64,000 bases of DNA from Blepharisma stoltei ATCC 30299 (GCA_965603825.1 CBFDEM010000054.1:558001-622000); one strand, 5' to 3'; shown: positions 11,912 to 24,245, counted from the stretch's first letter. A program made the numbers and translations. The notes: generated by a model not told the origin, from the sequence alone.

Positions 11912-13228
11912 TTAGTTATCATGTCTTGAACGATTAGAAAGAGACCTAGGACTCTTTGACGTCGCAAATCCATGCTTGGCACAGTGAACTGTAGAATATC
12001 CTTTTGACAACAAATGATCACATGTCGGGCAATGTCTTAATCTTGTCGGAGTTAAAGGGAAATTTGTAAAAGAATGGACTGATGCACTTCTACCTATATT
12101 TATTTTTGGAGATTTCAAATAGCAAGAAATATTTCTTCTTTTGCTTTTTGGAGTGTGCATTTCACCATCATCAAGAGATGTGTGGATTTCTTTTGGTTTT
12201 TTGGGAGTTGTGGCTCGTTCTCTTCTAGGAAGTGTTACCAATTTTTGAGGAGGCTCATCTTTAGAAAGTTTTGGACTTTTCGATCTTTTTGGGGTAGTCG
12301 ATTTCTTAATAATGGCTGCTCTTCTAGACGTGGTTGATTTTTTTTCGTTTTCTTGTAAATTTTGAATTACTGCTGTCTCTTTTATAGTGGAATTATTCGA
12401 TGTGCTTCTTTTTCTTGTTTTTTTCTTTTTTCTTGTATTTTCTCTTGAAGTATTTGCTAATTGTTGCCTTAATGCATTGTTTTCTTGTCTCAAAGCTTCA
12501 ATTTCACTGATAAGCGATTTTTCGTTTTTTCTTGAGGTAGAAAGCTCTTCTTCTTTTAAAGACTGTTTTTTGCTTTCTTCTTCTGAGTAATAAGAATTAA
12601 ATGAGTCTTTGATCATTTTTTCATCTTCTTGCTTATATACTGGGTTTCATCTGACTTGAGAAGATTGCAGACTTTTGGTGCTTTCTTGAAGCATATCTTT
12701 ATCTATACTTTCCAAAGAATTATAAATATCTTCAACTGAATCTTTTAGTTTTCCTATCTCTGCATGAATAGAGTTATTAGGCTCAGACGTTTTCTCTACA
12801 TTTAAATAGTCAGATTCCTGAAAGCTTGGGTTTTCTTCTACTTGGATTTCTTCTTTGTATATTTCTCTCGTTTTTGGAGGTCCAAAACTTGCAATAAAGT
12901 GCATAGTGTCTGTGCCTACGTCTTGCTTGACTAATGGCAGCGATTCAATGATTTGCTCTTGTTTAGGCTTATTTTTGATAGTCACTGGAGATTTTGGAGG
13001 ACTAAAAATGCCTCGGTCAAGCTTGTCTTCGATTTCTCGCCTTAGCCTTTCTCGTCTTTCTCTTGAAACCAAAGGGCTTTTTTCATTTCTTTTATTTGAA
13101 TAAGAAACTTTCCATGTGTTACTTGGGGACTCATCGTGGTTGATGTCTTTTAGTGCTGACTGTAGACTTCGGATTTCTTGCCGCAGCTTGGCATTCTCTG
13201 ATTGCAAATTCTTGGATTTATGAGCCAT
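11912..13228 (-). CDS. Hypothetical coiled-coil/basic protein with C-terminal Cys/His motif (CPTC..L.KG.ST.HCAKHG), 438 aa
   Basis: ORFs 12647-13228 and 11912-12616 are in frame and joined by one TGA(Trp). Confidence 0.8.
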
Positions 13229-13408
13229 TTTAGTAATTATTCAAGTTGAAATTTAAACAAATCTTGATTAAATATTCTCTGATGAATTATTCTTTTCTTA
13301 TTATTGTTCGTTATTTTAAAGGCATTATAAAAGACTGCAAGCAACTTCAGCAATATTTTCTAATTTTAAAAAAAGTTTTCTAAATAAACAAAAACTAATT
13401 AATAAATA

Positions 13409-15778
13409 TTATTTCTTTTTCTTTTTAACTGTTTTAACCGTTGGCTTTACCTCAATATCGCTCTCCTCTTCCTTCTCATCTTCCTCTTCTTCATTCCCAT
13501 TTTCATCTTCTGCAAACTCAGGATCCACCTGATCTTTTTCTTCCTTTTCTTCTCTTTTCTTTTTAACCTTTTTCAGCGAGCTCTTAAAAACAGTATTATA
13601 AACCCTCGTTATTTGAGCCTTTGTTTTGGTCGGGATTTTTTTGAATTCTTCTTCACTTTTTTCGCTGTCAAATTGCAATTGAATTAGATGGTCTTTAAAC
13701 ATATCAGGGTTAAGACCATAAGTATGGATTATTTCTACAGCTTCTTCTACACCGTCCATATCATGCTTTATAATAGGCTTCATAATCATTTTGTAGATTA
13801 ATGGGACATATTCGCTGAGAATCGTTATATTGTCTCCTGTAATGTGCCCTGCCATAGCAGATCTGAGCTCTTGTACAAGTCTTTCGTTCTTTTTCTGGGT
13901 GGATGATTTTCCAAACCATTCAGGAAATCGAGGAAAAGGGATACCATTTCCAGTTAGAGCTCCTGGCTCTATAGCTGAAGCTTGGCCAAGCTGTGGAAGA
14001 AGAGTCCAATCGTTATTAGTGCGGATTTGCTTATTAATTAAGTCCCCAAATGCAATTGAGTCAGCAGCGTTTGCCATATTTTCTATAGTTTGGCTATTTT
14101 GAGGAATTGCTGAGAGGTAGTTTTCTTGTATAAGAAGAGGAATTAAGTCAAAATCGACGAAAAATAAGTCAATTTTTTGCTTATGACTCATTGCACGAGT
14201 TTCATGATTATTTAGCAGCTTTGCAGCAGCATCAAAATTTCCGACCATTGTAATGGAATCTTTTGAAATGAATTGTAAGCCCTTTTTTGCTTGATTGTAA
14301 TTCATAGAATTATTGGTCCGAGCCCACATTTCCAGTAGAGTTAAAGTTTGCCTTATGTCATTTCCCGAGGATTCTATGATCATTTCTAATGCATTTGGCT
14401 CAATTGATAATCCTTCCGATGCCATAATAGCTAAAAGTCTTTTAGAAATTTGAGATTTATTAGGTTTTTGAAATCTAAGATCATAGCAGTAGTTAGCTAA
14501 TGATTTCAACTTCGTGCTTTGTCTATCATTACAAATACAAATAATAGGGACTTTAGTTGTTTTTATCACCTCAATTAATGCAGTAGTCCCTCCTCTATCC
14601 CCAGCTGACATACCATCAACTTCATCCATAACAATCAGATTTTTCATTATCGTCCCATTGCCTGTCATGCTCTGGTTTCCACTCGATGCTTTCAAAGGGT
14701 CAAGAATTAATTTTTTTGATCGAAAATCGCTTGCGTTCATTTCCATTATTTGGTAATCTAATGTTTTCCCTACAACTCTAGCTGCAGTTGTTTTTCCTAC
14801 TCCTGGTGGACCCGAAATTAAAGCTGCTTTTGCATTGACATTTAGAGTTAAATCCAGCCTCCCTCTGCTAAATGCTTCTACATCTTTTTTATTGCCATGA
14901 ATAACGACTTCTTCTCAATCTCTCAGCCATTCCCATAATTTTTCGACTGTTTTATTATTCCCTAAAATGTCTTGGATAGTCTTAGGCTTATACTTGTCAA
15001 CCCATAGCTGGCTTGCATTTGATAAAGACTGAGTTGCATCAGTTTGACTAACTTTTATAGGAACCCTTGCTGGTTTCTGTGATACCTGAACCGCATTAAA
15101 AGAATCCTGATCTACAGGTGACGATTTTTCATTACCTTTTAAGTCTTCTATCATATGTTCAAGCTCTTCTTCATTCATAATTTTCGTCCCATTTTCTAGT
15201 GCGGTTTTATATTTATTCCCTTCTGTAAAATTTCTCCCATCTTCCAGCTTATCTCCATGTATCAAACAACTAGTTCTCTTGCTGACGTTGCCAGTCACCT
15301 TGGCTCCAAATGATTTCAGAATATCTGTTAATTCATTTCTATCGTAATTGCTCAGAACTCCTGTTATCACAAAAGTTTGACCTTGAAGGGGAGTACTGGA
15401 GGAAGGAATGGATTTTGGCTCACTTTTTGGCTTCTTTTTGGATGGTGCGGGTTTTTTAGGTTTGTAATCGATTTTGTCTTTAGGCTTAGGCTCGCGCTTT
15501 GGAGAGATTTTTTTGGTCTTAATTGGTGGGGATTTTGGACGAGAGTATTCTTCATCTGATGGAATTATTTCTGTTGCTGAAGAAGCATAGTCTGGGGAAG
15601 CTTTAGGGGATTGGCCTTTAGGGAAGAATTTACTTGTGTTTTTTTCGATTTTTGGCTTTTTGGTTTCTTGTTTTGAAGAGACTTTGTTTAAGCGCTTTCG
15701 TTTTGGAGATTCTTCTTTGGGTTTTTCTGGTTCTTTATCTTTTATAGGCGCGCCGAAATATTTTCGAATATCTCCCAT
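13409..15778 (-). CDS. RFC1: Replication factor C subunit 1
   Basis: BRCT (TFVITGVL..GAKVTGNVSKRTS), LWVDKYKP, WLRD-W(TGA 14915-14917), Walker A GPPGVGKT, EMNASD, MDEVDGMS. Confidence 0.97.
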
Positions 15779-16359
15779 ATTTATTTAGCATTGATGTGTT
15801 GATTATGTTTTTGACTTTTCTGAGAATTGACTCATTAAACCTAAGTGTAATTAATTTGAATAGATATTTATATAGGTCCTTTAATGATTTATTATTGCTA
15901 TTTGTTTATACCATTTGAGAAAAAATTCAAAGAACTATAATTTTATCAGAAAACAATAGTTTATTTAATAATTTTCGTATATTAAAACAAATTTAAGTTA
16001 ATTATTAGCATGAAAAATTTCAATTTGATTCATTTTAATTTTTCGCTCCTTATAATTTAAAAAGAAAGCATTTCTACAAACAGGTTTGCTTTTTAGTTAA
16101 ATTATATAAATTAATATATAGTCAGCAACATAACTGTTCTTTATAATTAAATACTCGGCTTTGTTTTAGTATTATTAAGTAGCATATTTTTGTTGTTATT
16201 GATTTGTTGAAATAAATTTAATATCTTAAAGAAAGTTTGCCAATGGTCACATGTCTTTATGTTTTTGAGCATAATTCTTCAGTTTTGACTCAAATTCATC
16301 TGATTTCATTTTATTTTCGTTAGTTCGAGTTTCTTTTATTTAAATTCATATTATTTTAA

Positions 16360-18882
16360 ATGGCTAGAATCAGAAGCAAGTTCGAGAAAGAACTAAAGGA
16401 AAAGCTGTCTCAGAAAACCCCTGGAAATTTAAGCGAGGAAACATTTCTACTTAAGACTTTTCGATTTTTTGACTTAGACAACTCCAAAACAGTTTCAAAA
16501 CAAGAGTGGGTTCGCGCCATTGAAAAAATTGGTGTAATTGTGGATGATCCTCAACAGCTTGATGAGCTTTTTGATATTTATGATGAAAGTAAAGACGGGT
16601 TTCTGGACTATAGAGAATTTATAGCAAGCATCTTTGGGCCTGATTCGTCAGTTGGAAAACAAATATCTCCACAAAAAGTGTTGAGACCTTCAGAACAGCA
16701 GAGAGCTGAAGAATTACTAGAAGCTATCAGAGAAAAGCTAATAACAAGAGGATCAAGGGGCTTATTAGGCCTTGCTAGACAGTTCAAAATTATGGATGAT
16801 AATGATTCAGGGACTTTAGAGTTAGAAGAATTTGTAAAGGCTTTTAGGGACTATAGAGTTTCTATGTCTGAAGAAGATGCACAGCTATTATTTAGCTATA
16901 TTGATAGAGACAATAACAATACAATCGATTATAACGAATTCCTCAGAGCTTTATCAGGCCCTATAAATCCCTTTAGAAAAAGTTTAGTCATTCAAGCCTT
17001 CAAAAAGCTAGACTTAGATGGCAGCGGTGCTATAGATATCAACGATATTCGACAGCTCTACGACGCCAAAAATCACCCAGAAGTAAGAGCAGGCCGCAAA
17101 AACGAAGACGAAGTCCTTAACGAATTTCTCGACACTTTTGAAATGCATCACAATATGGGTGCCTCAAGAGATGGAACAGTCACTTATGAAGAATTTGAAG
17201 AATACTACAACAATATTTCAGCTGGCATTGATAATGACCAATACTTTGAAGCCATGATGAATTCCACTTGGAAACTGACCCCGCCTCCTGAGTACACCAA
17301 AAATAAAGCATGGTCTTCACAACAAGAAGAATACTCCAAGCCTACAAATAGAGCTCCAAAGCCTGAATTAACTCAAAGAAGGCCACCAGGCGCTGAAGCA
17401 AGCTTAGACAGACTAAGGAAAAAATTAGCAAGTCGAGGTGCAAGAGGAATTCTTGGGCTTGCGAGGCAATTTAAGATTATGGACGATGATGGCTCTAGAA
17501 GTCTTAGTCTGAATGAATTTAAAAAAGCTTGCAGAGACTATAGAGTTGGCATTGATGAAAATGACGTAGAAATTGCGTTTGCTGCGATAGACAGAGATAG
17601 AAGTGGGGAAATCGATTATGATGAGCTTCTAAGAGCTATCAGAGGCCCTATGAATCAGTTCCGCCGAAACTTGGTTGAACAGGCTTATAATAAGCTTGAT
17701 AGAGATAAAAATGGTTTATTAGAAATTGAAGATATAAGAAATGTTTATTCAGCTTCTAGACATCCAGATGTCAGGAGCGGCAAAAAATCAGAGGAAGAAG
17801 TGCTCGGAGAATTTTTAGAAACTTTTGAAATGCATCACAATATCAGTGACTTGTCGAGGAGAGACAGAAAAATTACTAAAGAAGAGTTCATGGAGTATTA
17901 TAATAATGTGTCATCAAGTATTGATGAAGATGCGTATTTTGAGCTTATGATGAATAATGCTTGGAGACTTAAAGATCAAGGACCTATCAAAGAAGCCTGG
18001 AGCAATGTGACTAATACATCTCACCACAGGCAGCAGTGGCTTGCAGACCATCATCGCAGTCAGTTCGGTGGCAGTGTCAGCTCAACTGCGCCATTTGGGA
18101 CGTCAGACGAGCCAATGGATTGGTCTACCACCTTACGGCCAGCTAGAAATGAAGATGTCGACCTTATTTCAATAGCTGCCAATATTCCAGCAGCTGGCGC
18201 ACCTACATGGTCAATCACTTCTCCATCCAACTCTACAAATCAGCCACCCCAAAATGAAGCTCCAGAAGAACTCCTGAATGAATTACGAGAAAAACTAGCT
18301 AATAGAGGAGCACGTGGCTTTGTAGGGCTTAGCAGACAATTTAAAATTATGGACGACGATAAGAGCAAATCACTAGACCGCAATGAATTTGTAAAGGCGC
18401 TGAGAGACTTTAGGCTTGATGTTACTGAAGAAAACGCGAGAAAATTGTTTAGATATTTTGATGTGGATGGGACTGGGACTATTGATTATGAAGAATTCGT
18501 GCATAGACTGAGGGGTGAAATGAGCAACGCCAGAAAACAGATGGTGCTTCAAGCTTTTAACAAGTTGGACAAAACTGGGGATGGGTTTATAACAGTAGAA
18601 GACTTGAAAGGAGTTTACAGTTCAGCATCACATCCTGATGTAAGGATGGGCAAGAAGACTGAAGATGAAGTCCTGTGTGAGTTTTTAGATACTTTTGAAA
18701 TTCATCATAGTTTATATAAAGGAGGAAAAAGAGATGCCAAAGTAACGAAAGACGAGTTTCTGGAGTATTACGCACATATTTCTGCTTCCATTGATGACGA
18801 TAGATACTTTGAACTTATGCTGAGAAATGCTTGGAATTTTGATAACAGGACTCAACAAAAAGCATGGAGAGGAGAGTATTAA
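16360..18882 (+). CDS. Multi-EF-hand calcyphosin-like protein with three tandem calcyphosin modules, 840 aa
   Basis: Three copies of L..RG.RG..GL.RQFKIMDD..S..L and HP.V..G.K.E.EVL.EFL.TFE, plus an N-terminal EF-hand pair. Confidence 0.92.
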   Translation: MARIRSKFEKELKEKLSQKTPGNLSEETFLLKTFRFFDLDNSKTVSKQEWVRAIEKIGVIVDDPQQLDELFDIYDESKDGFLDYREFIASIFGPDSSVGKQISPQKVLRPSEQQRAEELLEAIREKLITRGSRGLLGLARQFKIMDDNDSGTLELEEFVKAFRDYRVSMSEEDAQLLFSYIDRDNNNTIDYNEFLRALSGPINPFRKSLVIQAFKKLDLDGSGAIDINDIRQLYDAKNHPEVRAGRKNEDEVLNEFLDTFEMHHNMGASRDGTVTYEEFEEYYNNISAGIDNDQYFEAMMNSTWKLTPPPEYTKNKAWSSQQEEYSKPTNRAPKPELTQRRPPGAEASLDRLRKKLASRGARGILGLARQFKIMDDDGSRSLSLNEFKKACRDYRVGIDENDVEIAFAAIDRDRSGEIDYDELLRAIRGPMNQFRRNLVEQAYNKLDRDKNGLLEIEDIRNVYSASRHPDVRSGKKSEEEVLGEFLETFEMHHNISDLSRRDRKITKEEFMEYYNNVSSSIDEDAYFELMMNNAWRLKDQGPIKEAWSNVTNTSHHRQQWLADHHRSQFGGSVSSTAPFGTSDEPMDWSTTLRPARNEDVDLISIAANIPAAGAPTWSITSPSNSTNQPPQNEAPEELLNELREKLANRGARGFVGLSRQFKIMDDDKSKSLDRNEFVKALRDFRLDVTEENARKLFRYFDVDGTGTIDYEEFVHRLRGEMSNARKQMVLQAFNKLDKTGDGFITVEDLKGVYSSASHPDVRMGKKTEDEVLCEFLDTFEIHHSLYKGGKRDAKVTKDEFLEYYAHISASIDDDRYFELMLRNAWNFDNRTQQKAWRGEY

Positions 18883-18965
18883 GCTAAATTATTTAATATT
18901 TGGATATAAATACTGCTTATTTTTATGAATAAATAATTTAGTTCTGATAATTAAAATATAAAATA

Positions 18966-19937
18966 ATGAGAAATGGAAAGAGAATAAAGCGAAATGGTTT
19001 CAATCCTCCATTTCATCCTTTTCAAATAATAAGCTGACTTGTAACCACCTTCAACATCTGTATATCTGCAATTATCTATATTCCAATGCTTGATTTTATC
19101 GCTAAAGTACTTAATATGCAGGCAATTTTTGGAATTTTCTATTTTTCCTCACAAGCCCTTGTTATAATTATAGCATATAAAGCAACGAAATGTGACCCAA
19201 CTGATCCATGGTCGATTGAGCATACAAACCCAGCTTCTAATGGAACTCAAACTACTCAAAACTGCGAAGCATTTTGCACTATCTGCAACTGCAATGTAAA
19301 CCCTAAAAGCAAACATTGCAGCAGATGCAATCGATGTGTAGATAACTTTGACCATCACTGCAAATGGCTTGGCAACTGTATTGGCCAGAGGAATTATAAA
19401 CTGTTTATATGGCTCATTGTTTCTTTGATGATCAATTTATTGGTGATATTCGTATTTAGCGTTATTTTATTGGAAAATTATTTTAATAATTTTGGAGATT
19501 TTCAGGACAAGGCAAATGATAAGCTTGGAAATTGCAATGCAGTTATTGCGCTGATTTGGATTATGGCTATGTTTTCTGGGGTTTTCTCCCTTGCTGACAT
19601 ATATCTTATAGGCTTGCATATTTACTTGGCAAAATTAGGTATGACAACATTTGACTATATAATTTATAATCGAAATAAGGAAAAAAGCAAAAATAAAATT
19701 AATTCATGCAAAGATGAAACTATTGTTACCCCTGACGGAGGTAACATAAATATAAATATCCCTGGTGTAAAAATAGGGAAAATTAGCATGGATAGCAACC
19801 CATATGCAGATTCTGAAGACTATAATTCATCACGAAGGTTTGATTTGCCTTATGATGAAACAGAGCTCAAAAGCCAAAGCAACATTTCAGTGCTTGCATC
19901 TGATGTGAATAATTATCCTGCCTCTAATAAGTGTTAA
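18966..19937 (+). CDS. DHHC palmitoyltransferase (ZDHHC1/11-like); probable intron 19107-19121
   Basis: KRNGFNPPFHPFQIISW(TGA 19035), SKHCSRCNRCVDNFDHHCKWLGNCIG, TTFDYI. Confidence 0.92.
19107..19121 (+). other. Probable 15-nt intron without a stop codon
   Basis: GTACTTAATATGCAG fits the consensus (A at position 10), but the frame is open either way (VLNMQ). Confidence 0.65.
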
Positions 19938-20007
19938 TATTACTATAAAGCTCAGGATCTCTAACTAATACATTATACCACTTAATTTTTATATAAAACA
20001 AATTATT

Positions 20008-20406
20008 ATGGGACAATCTCAAAGTTGTAATTGCAGCCAACAGCAAACACCTTTTTCAGCAGAGCCATACATAGATGAACCTTACATAAACAAAGAAGAT
20101 GTTGAGGTTATTCATAATTGTTTTGAATATTTGTCTCCCAGAGACGGCGTTGTTTCTTTGAATAAAATTCAAGACCACAAACATGAAGCGCCAGCTTATA
20201 TGCAAGAACTGATTTATGAAATCGAGGAAAGGAAATCAGATGTGAATTTTGATGAATTTTTTGACATAATGAAACCTAAGGTGCTGGAAATGAAGAGACT
20301 TCCTGAAAATTCTGTCATTAGAGAAGATACATCAGCAAGTGTTTTTTGTATTATTTGCCCATATAAAAAGAATGACGGTAGAAATAAGAAAATGCTTTAT
20401 GAGTAA
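20008..20406 (+). CDS. Small degenerate EF-hand (centrin-like) protein with N-myristoylation-like MGQSQSC
   Basis: VEVIHNCFEYL and VNFDEFFDIM helices; calcium loops degenerate. Confidence 0.7.
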   Translation: MGQSQSCNCSQQQTPFSAEPYIDEPYINKEDVEVIHNCFEYLSPRDGVVSLNKIQDHKHEAPAYMQELIYEIEERKSDVNFDEFFDIMKPKVLEMKRLPENSVIREDTSASVFCIICPYKKNDGRNKKMLYE

Positions 20407-20660
20407 GGGTTATTTAATTTGAAGAATTACTAATGAAAATTCTTATAATTTGAACTAATTTTATTTTAAGATTTTAAAGCGGATTTTATCATTTTTGTTT
20501 AGTTTTCTCTCAAAAAAGGTTAATTTATAGTAATATCTTCTAGATATAAAATAATTGATTTTTATGTTTCAAATAAGCTGATTTCTATTAAATTTAATAT
20601 ATACCTATAATTAATAATTCATAAATAAGAATCAAAGACCCATCCACAATTATCTTATAA

Positions 20661-22274
20661 ATGGCAGAAATAGTAATCAGAATTCACTCCAAAACAGGTC
20701 GATCCCGTATCAACCTTCCGTCAAACGCCTCTTTGCGAACTCTTCAAAATGCAATCGTAGAAAGACTCCACGTCCCAATTAACAAACAAATTTTAATCAA
20801 AGAAAAAGGAGGCCCGCTAAAAGGTCAACCCCATCAGTTGTTATCAGCATTAGGCATATACAATGGCTCTATCCTTAATCTCGACGCTGAAGCAGAAATC
20901 GCAGCTGTCCCAGTCTCCAAACAAATGACAATGCCTCTCCCTGAGCTTTCCCCTCAAAAAAGTACAGAAAAAGAAGCTAAAAAAACTCCAGAAGATGAAT
21001 ACATCAGACCCTGCCGACATGGCCCTAGAGAACGCTGCATAAATTGCTTAGCCAGAGAAGACGCAAAGCGAAAAGAAGAAGGCAAAGATAACGAGCCCCA
21101 AAAAGAAGACAGAACTTGGCTTTGTCAGCATGGCCCTGATGTAAAATGTCTGAACTGCTTACAAGATAACTTTGTCGCTGGGATAAAACATGAGTCCTTT
21201 GGGCATTTTATGGCAGTCAAAAGGTCAAAATGTGAGCATAGTCATGATGCAAGATGTCCAAATTGTTTGCCGCCTGCAGAAACTTCTTATAAAATTAAAG
21301 AGGATTGTAATAAGCATCCACCATGGCCTGCTTCTATTTGCAATTCATGTATGCCAGCAACTGCTGTATTGGCAAGGCAGCCTTATAGACACGTGGATTA
21401 TGTGCAGCTGATGAATTCGACTGAAATGAATAGCTTTGTGAGCTATTGGCAAAATAAAGGAATGCAACAGAGAGGTGGGTTTTTGTATGGGTATTATGCA
21501 GAAGATCCAAACTACCCAGATGGAATTCGTGCAGTTGTAGAAACTATTTATGAGCCTCCTCAAATTGGTGATATGAATGGATTTCAATTTTTAGATGACC
21601 CAGATGAAGTTTACGCTGATATGATTGCTGAAGCTCTTGGGCTGGAAAAAATTGGCTGGCTGTTTACATCTATTAATCATGACGAGTTTCTTTCATCTCA
21701 TGAAATCAAAAAAGCAGCAGAATTCCAACAGCAGCATATAGTAGAAGACCCTTCAGGCTATAAAGTGTCAAAATTTGTAACTGTTGTACTTAAGCCGACT
21801 GATGATGGAAGCTTAACACCTCATGCATATATGGTTAGTGACCAAGGACAAGCACTAGTAAGAGATAATGTGCTAGGAGACTCCGATTCCCGACGGCATT
21901 TAGTAAAGAGGCAGCCAAAAGATAGAGAACTATTGCCTACAATTTTATGTGAAAATCGCCCAGTCGAAGAGTTTCCACCTGATTGGCTTATAGTAAGTCT
22001 AGGCTGTGGAAGTCCAATTAATCCTATGAGGATTCTTCATAATACTGATTTCCCTATAGAAAATAGAGATAGAGACATAACTCCTTCAGATATGAAAAGC
22101 TATTTGAATAAGCATAAGAATGAGCCATGGTTCAGAAGATGTTCAAATTTCCATTTCCTTCTACAGGTGGCTAAATATCTTGACCCAGACAGTGCTTTAG
22201 CTGCAGCTGATGCAGTTTCTAAGGAGCGCGACATTCCAAGAGGTCTTCAAGATTTATTAAATTCAATTCAATAA
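20661..22274 (+). CDS. NPL4: Nuclear protein localization protein 4 (Cdc48/p97 cofactor)
   Basis: N-terminal UBL, CxHxxxxxCxxC fingers, HPPWP..IC..C.P...L.RQPYRHVD, QRGGFLYG, IYEPPQ, SKFVTVV, FPIENR. Confidence 0.95.
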   Translation: MAEIVIRIHSKTGRSRINLPSNASLRTLQNAIVERLHVPINKQILIKEKGGPLKGQPHQLLSALGIYNGSILNLDAEAEIAAVPVSKQMTMPLPELSPQKSTEKEAKKTPEDEYIRPCRHGPRERCINCLAREDAKRKEEGKDNEPQKEDRTWLCQHGPDVKCLNCLQDNFVAGIKHESFGHFMAVKRSKCEHSHDARCPNCLPPAETSYKIKEDCNKHPPWPASICNSCMPATAVLARQPYRHVDYVQLMNSTEMNSFVSYWQNKGMQQRGGFLYGYYAEDPNYPDGIRAVVETIYEPPQIGDMNGFQFLDDPDEVYADMIAEALGLEKIGWLFTSINHDEFLSSHEIKKAAEFQQQHIVEDPSGYKVSKFVTVVLKPTDDGSLTPHAYMVSDQGQALVRDNVLGDSDSRRHLVKRQPKDRELLPTILCENRPVEEFPPDWLIVSLGCGSPINPMRILHNTDFPIENRDRDITPSDMKSYLNKHKNEPWFRRCSNFHFLLQVAKYLDPDSALAAADAVSKERDIPRGLQDLLNSIQ

Positions 22275-22360
22275 AAATAACCTCAATTCTAATTGCTTTT
22301 TAAAGATGTCGATTACGCACATTATCTCTTTCATAAGGTCTTTGAAACTGGTGGTAAAAT

Positions 22361-23434
22361 ATGTATATGCAAACCAAACAACCTTTTAAAGCTGCAAACG
22401 AAAACACCCCGATAATCACTACAAAACTAAAAGCACAAATTCATGGGAAAATTATTTCTAATACGAAAAATAAACAACTTTCACAAGGGCTGCCTAGTGG
22501 CACATTAAAAGTTCAAAGAAAAGGGGTTAATTTGCACTTGAAGCCAGGATCCCCAGACCGATATAAACAAAGTTTCCAAATGAGTGATGTAGCTTCTAAT
22601 ATGAACTTTCAATCACAGCGGAAGCCTTTTAAGCTTCTCAATTATCAAGATGAGCCGATTCATAGCAGATCTCCAACAACTATAATTAACGAAGTAAACC
22701 AAAGCTATCAATTTGTATCTGCTCTAAGCGAAGTACCGAACTCAAATTTGCAAAATTCTAATGCTTCTATTGAATTTTCTGACTTAGACTTTTTAGAAGA
22801 CTCTGATGCTATTTTATCTGATTTTTCTTTATCTCTTGAAGAGCCTAAAGAAAAAGAAATCTATAAGCCATCTATGCAAAATCTTTCAAGAAATTCAATT
22901 TTTGCATCAACCGTCGAGCCTCGAAGCCAGTACAGCTCAGAATTAAGGCTAACCCCTGCATCTTCTCACAGTCGTGAAGAAAGATTTTCGACAATATATA
23001 CCCTTTCAAGTGATTCCTCAGCTAAATATGTACATACTGGAAACTCAGAAGTCCCATCTCCTAGAATTGAAGAAAATAAAGCGACCTGCACTACAAGATT
23101 TACCACAAATACATTGGAAAATGAGCTAGAATTTAACAATCAAGACGAAGAAAACTTTAAATATGAAAGAAGCTTAAGCAAATCTGAGTCATTACCAGAA
23201 ACCCCATTAGGGATTTTACCGGCTAGAGCTTATTGTCTTCATTGTGCTATGGACGTGTCTACAGTTGTTAGACTAGAATTACCTACTATGCCTATGTAAT
23301 TTTTATATAGATGAAAAAGAATTTGCTGCGCAAGCTTTTTCGGGGTCGATAATTTGGAAAAATTCCAAGATATCGTGCACAATTGTAAGAGATGCAGACG
23401 AGAAATAGCGAGAGTGCAGCCTCTTAAGTTATAA
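22361..23434 (+). CDS. Ser-rich protein with C-terminal LITAF-like zinc domain; intron 23296-23310
   Basis: Splicing gives PARAYCLHCAMDVSTVV..PIW(TGA)KRICC..QDIVHNCKRCRREIAR; stop TAA 23432-23434. Confidence 0.85.
23296..23310 (+). other. 15-nt spliceosomal intron
   Basis: GTAATTTTTATATAG; in-frame TAA; removal completes the LITAF HxCxxC motif. Confidence 0.93.
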
Positions 23435-23474
23435 ATGTTTTAATTCGTAATTTCAATAACTTGAAAATGCTTAT

Positions 23475-24176
23475 TTATGGGGTATTGATAGTTGTAAGGT
23501 TATGCCCTAAGGAAGATAGCAAATCAAAGTTCCTCTTTGCACTTTCGGCTTGAGATTGTAAAGCTTTCTCAATGAGCTTAAAATCGGCTTCAGTCACATC
23601 TCTTACATATTTTGCTGGATTTCCTTCCCAGATTGTAAATGATGGAATTAGGTTTCCAGGCCCTACAACGGTACCAGGTCTTAAAATGACTCCTCTTTCA
23701 ATTCTTGCTCCTCCTTGAATCACGCTTCCTTTGCCTATAAGTGAAAAGCTGTCCACAATGCAAGATATAAGTGAGCAGCCTTCTTCAATCACAACGTTGC
23801 TTGCAATGGTAACTGAGCTAGGAGTTGCTTTAGGCAGGTTATAAATAGTAGTAATTGAAGAGTTTTCGCCAATAAAGACATTGTCTTGGATTCTTACAGC
23901 GAATTTGTCACCTTTTAATACAGCGCCATACCAAACTGCACAGTTGTTGCCAACGAGAACTTCTCCTACAAGAGATGCGTTTGGAGCTATGAAGGAATTT
24001 CCATATGATGGCCAAAGCTCATAAATTGGCATCAGTTTTCTGTGACGGGAATATTTTTCTAAGTAGGCAACATCATCAGTCATTTTTGATCCAAGTCGGT
24101 CAAGGGCTTGCCCAGCGTCTCGAAGAACGTAGCTAACACCCATAAGAAAATTCTTAGCGATAGCTTTTCCCAGCAT
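23475..24176 (-). CDS. Gamma-carbonic-anhydrase-like subunit of mitochondrial complex I
   Basis: LRDAGQALDRLG, SRHR, FIAPNASLVGEV, VWYGAVLKGD, hexapeptide repeats, WEGNPAKYVRD. Confidence 0.92.
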   Translation of the reverse strand: MLGKAIAKNFLMGVSYVLRDAGQALDRLGSKMTDDVAYLEKYSRHRKLMPIYELWPSYGNSFIAPNASLVGEVLVGNNCAVWYGAVLKGDKFAVRIQDNVFIGENSSITTIYNLPKATPSSVTIASNVVIEEGCSLISCIVDSFSLIGKGSVIQGGARIERGVILRPGTVVGPGNLIPSFTIWEGNPAKYVRDVTEADFKLIEKALQSQAESAKRNFDLLSSLGHNLTTINTP

Positions 24177-24245
24177 TTATTTATTATTGAATCCTCATTT
24201 TTAAAACTAATTAATATGACCTATAATAAGATTTTTGATGCTAAA

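Noticed and set aside
19035-19037. In-frame TGA as selenocysteine
   Set aside because: TGAs align with conserved Trp, not catalytic Cys, in families that are not selenoproteins.
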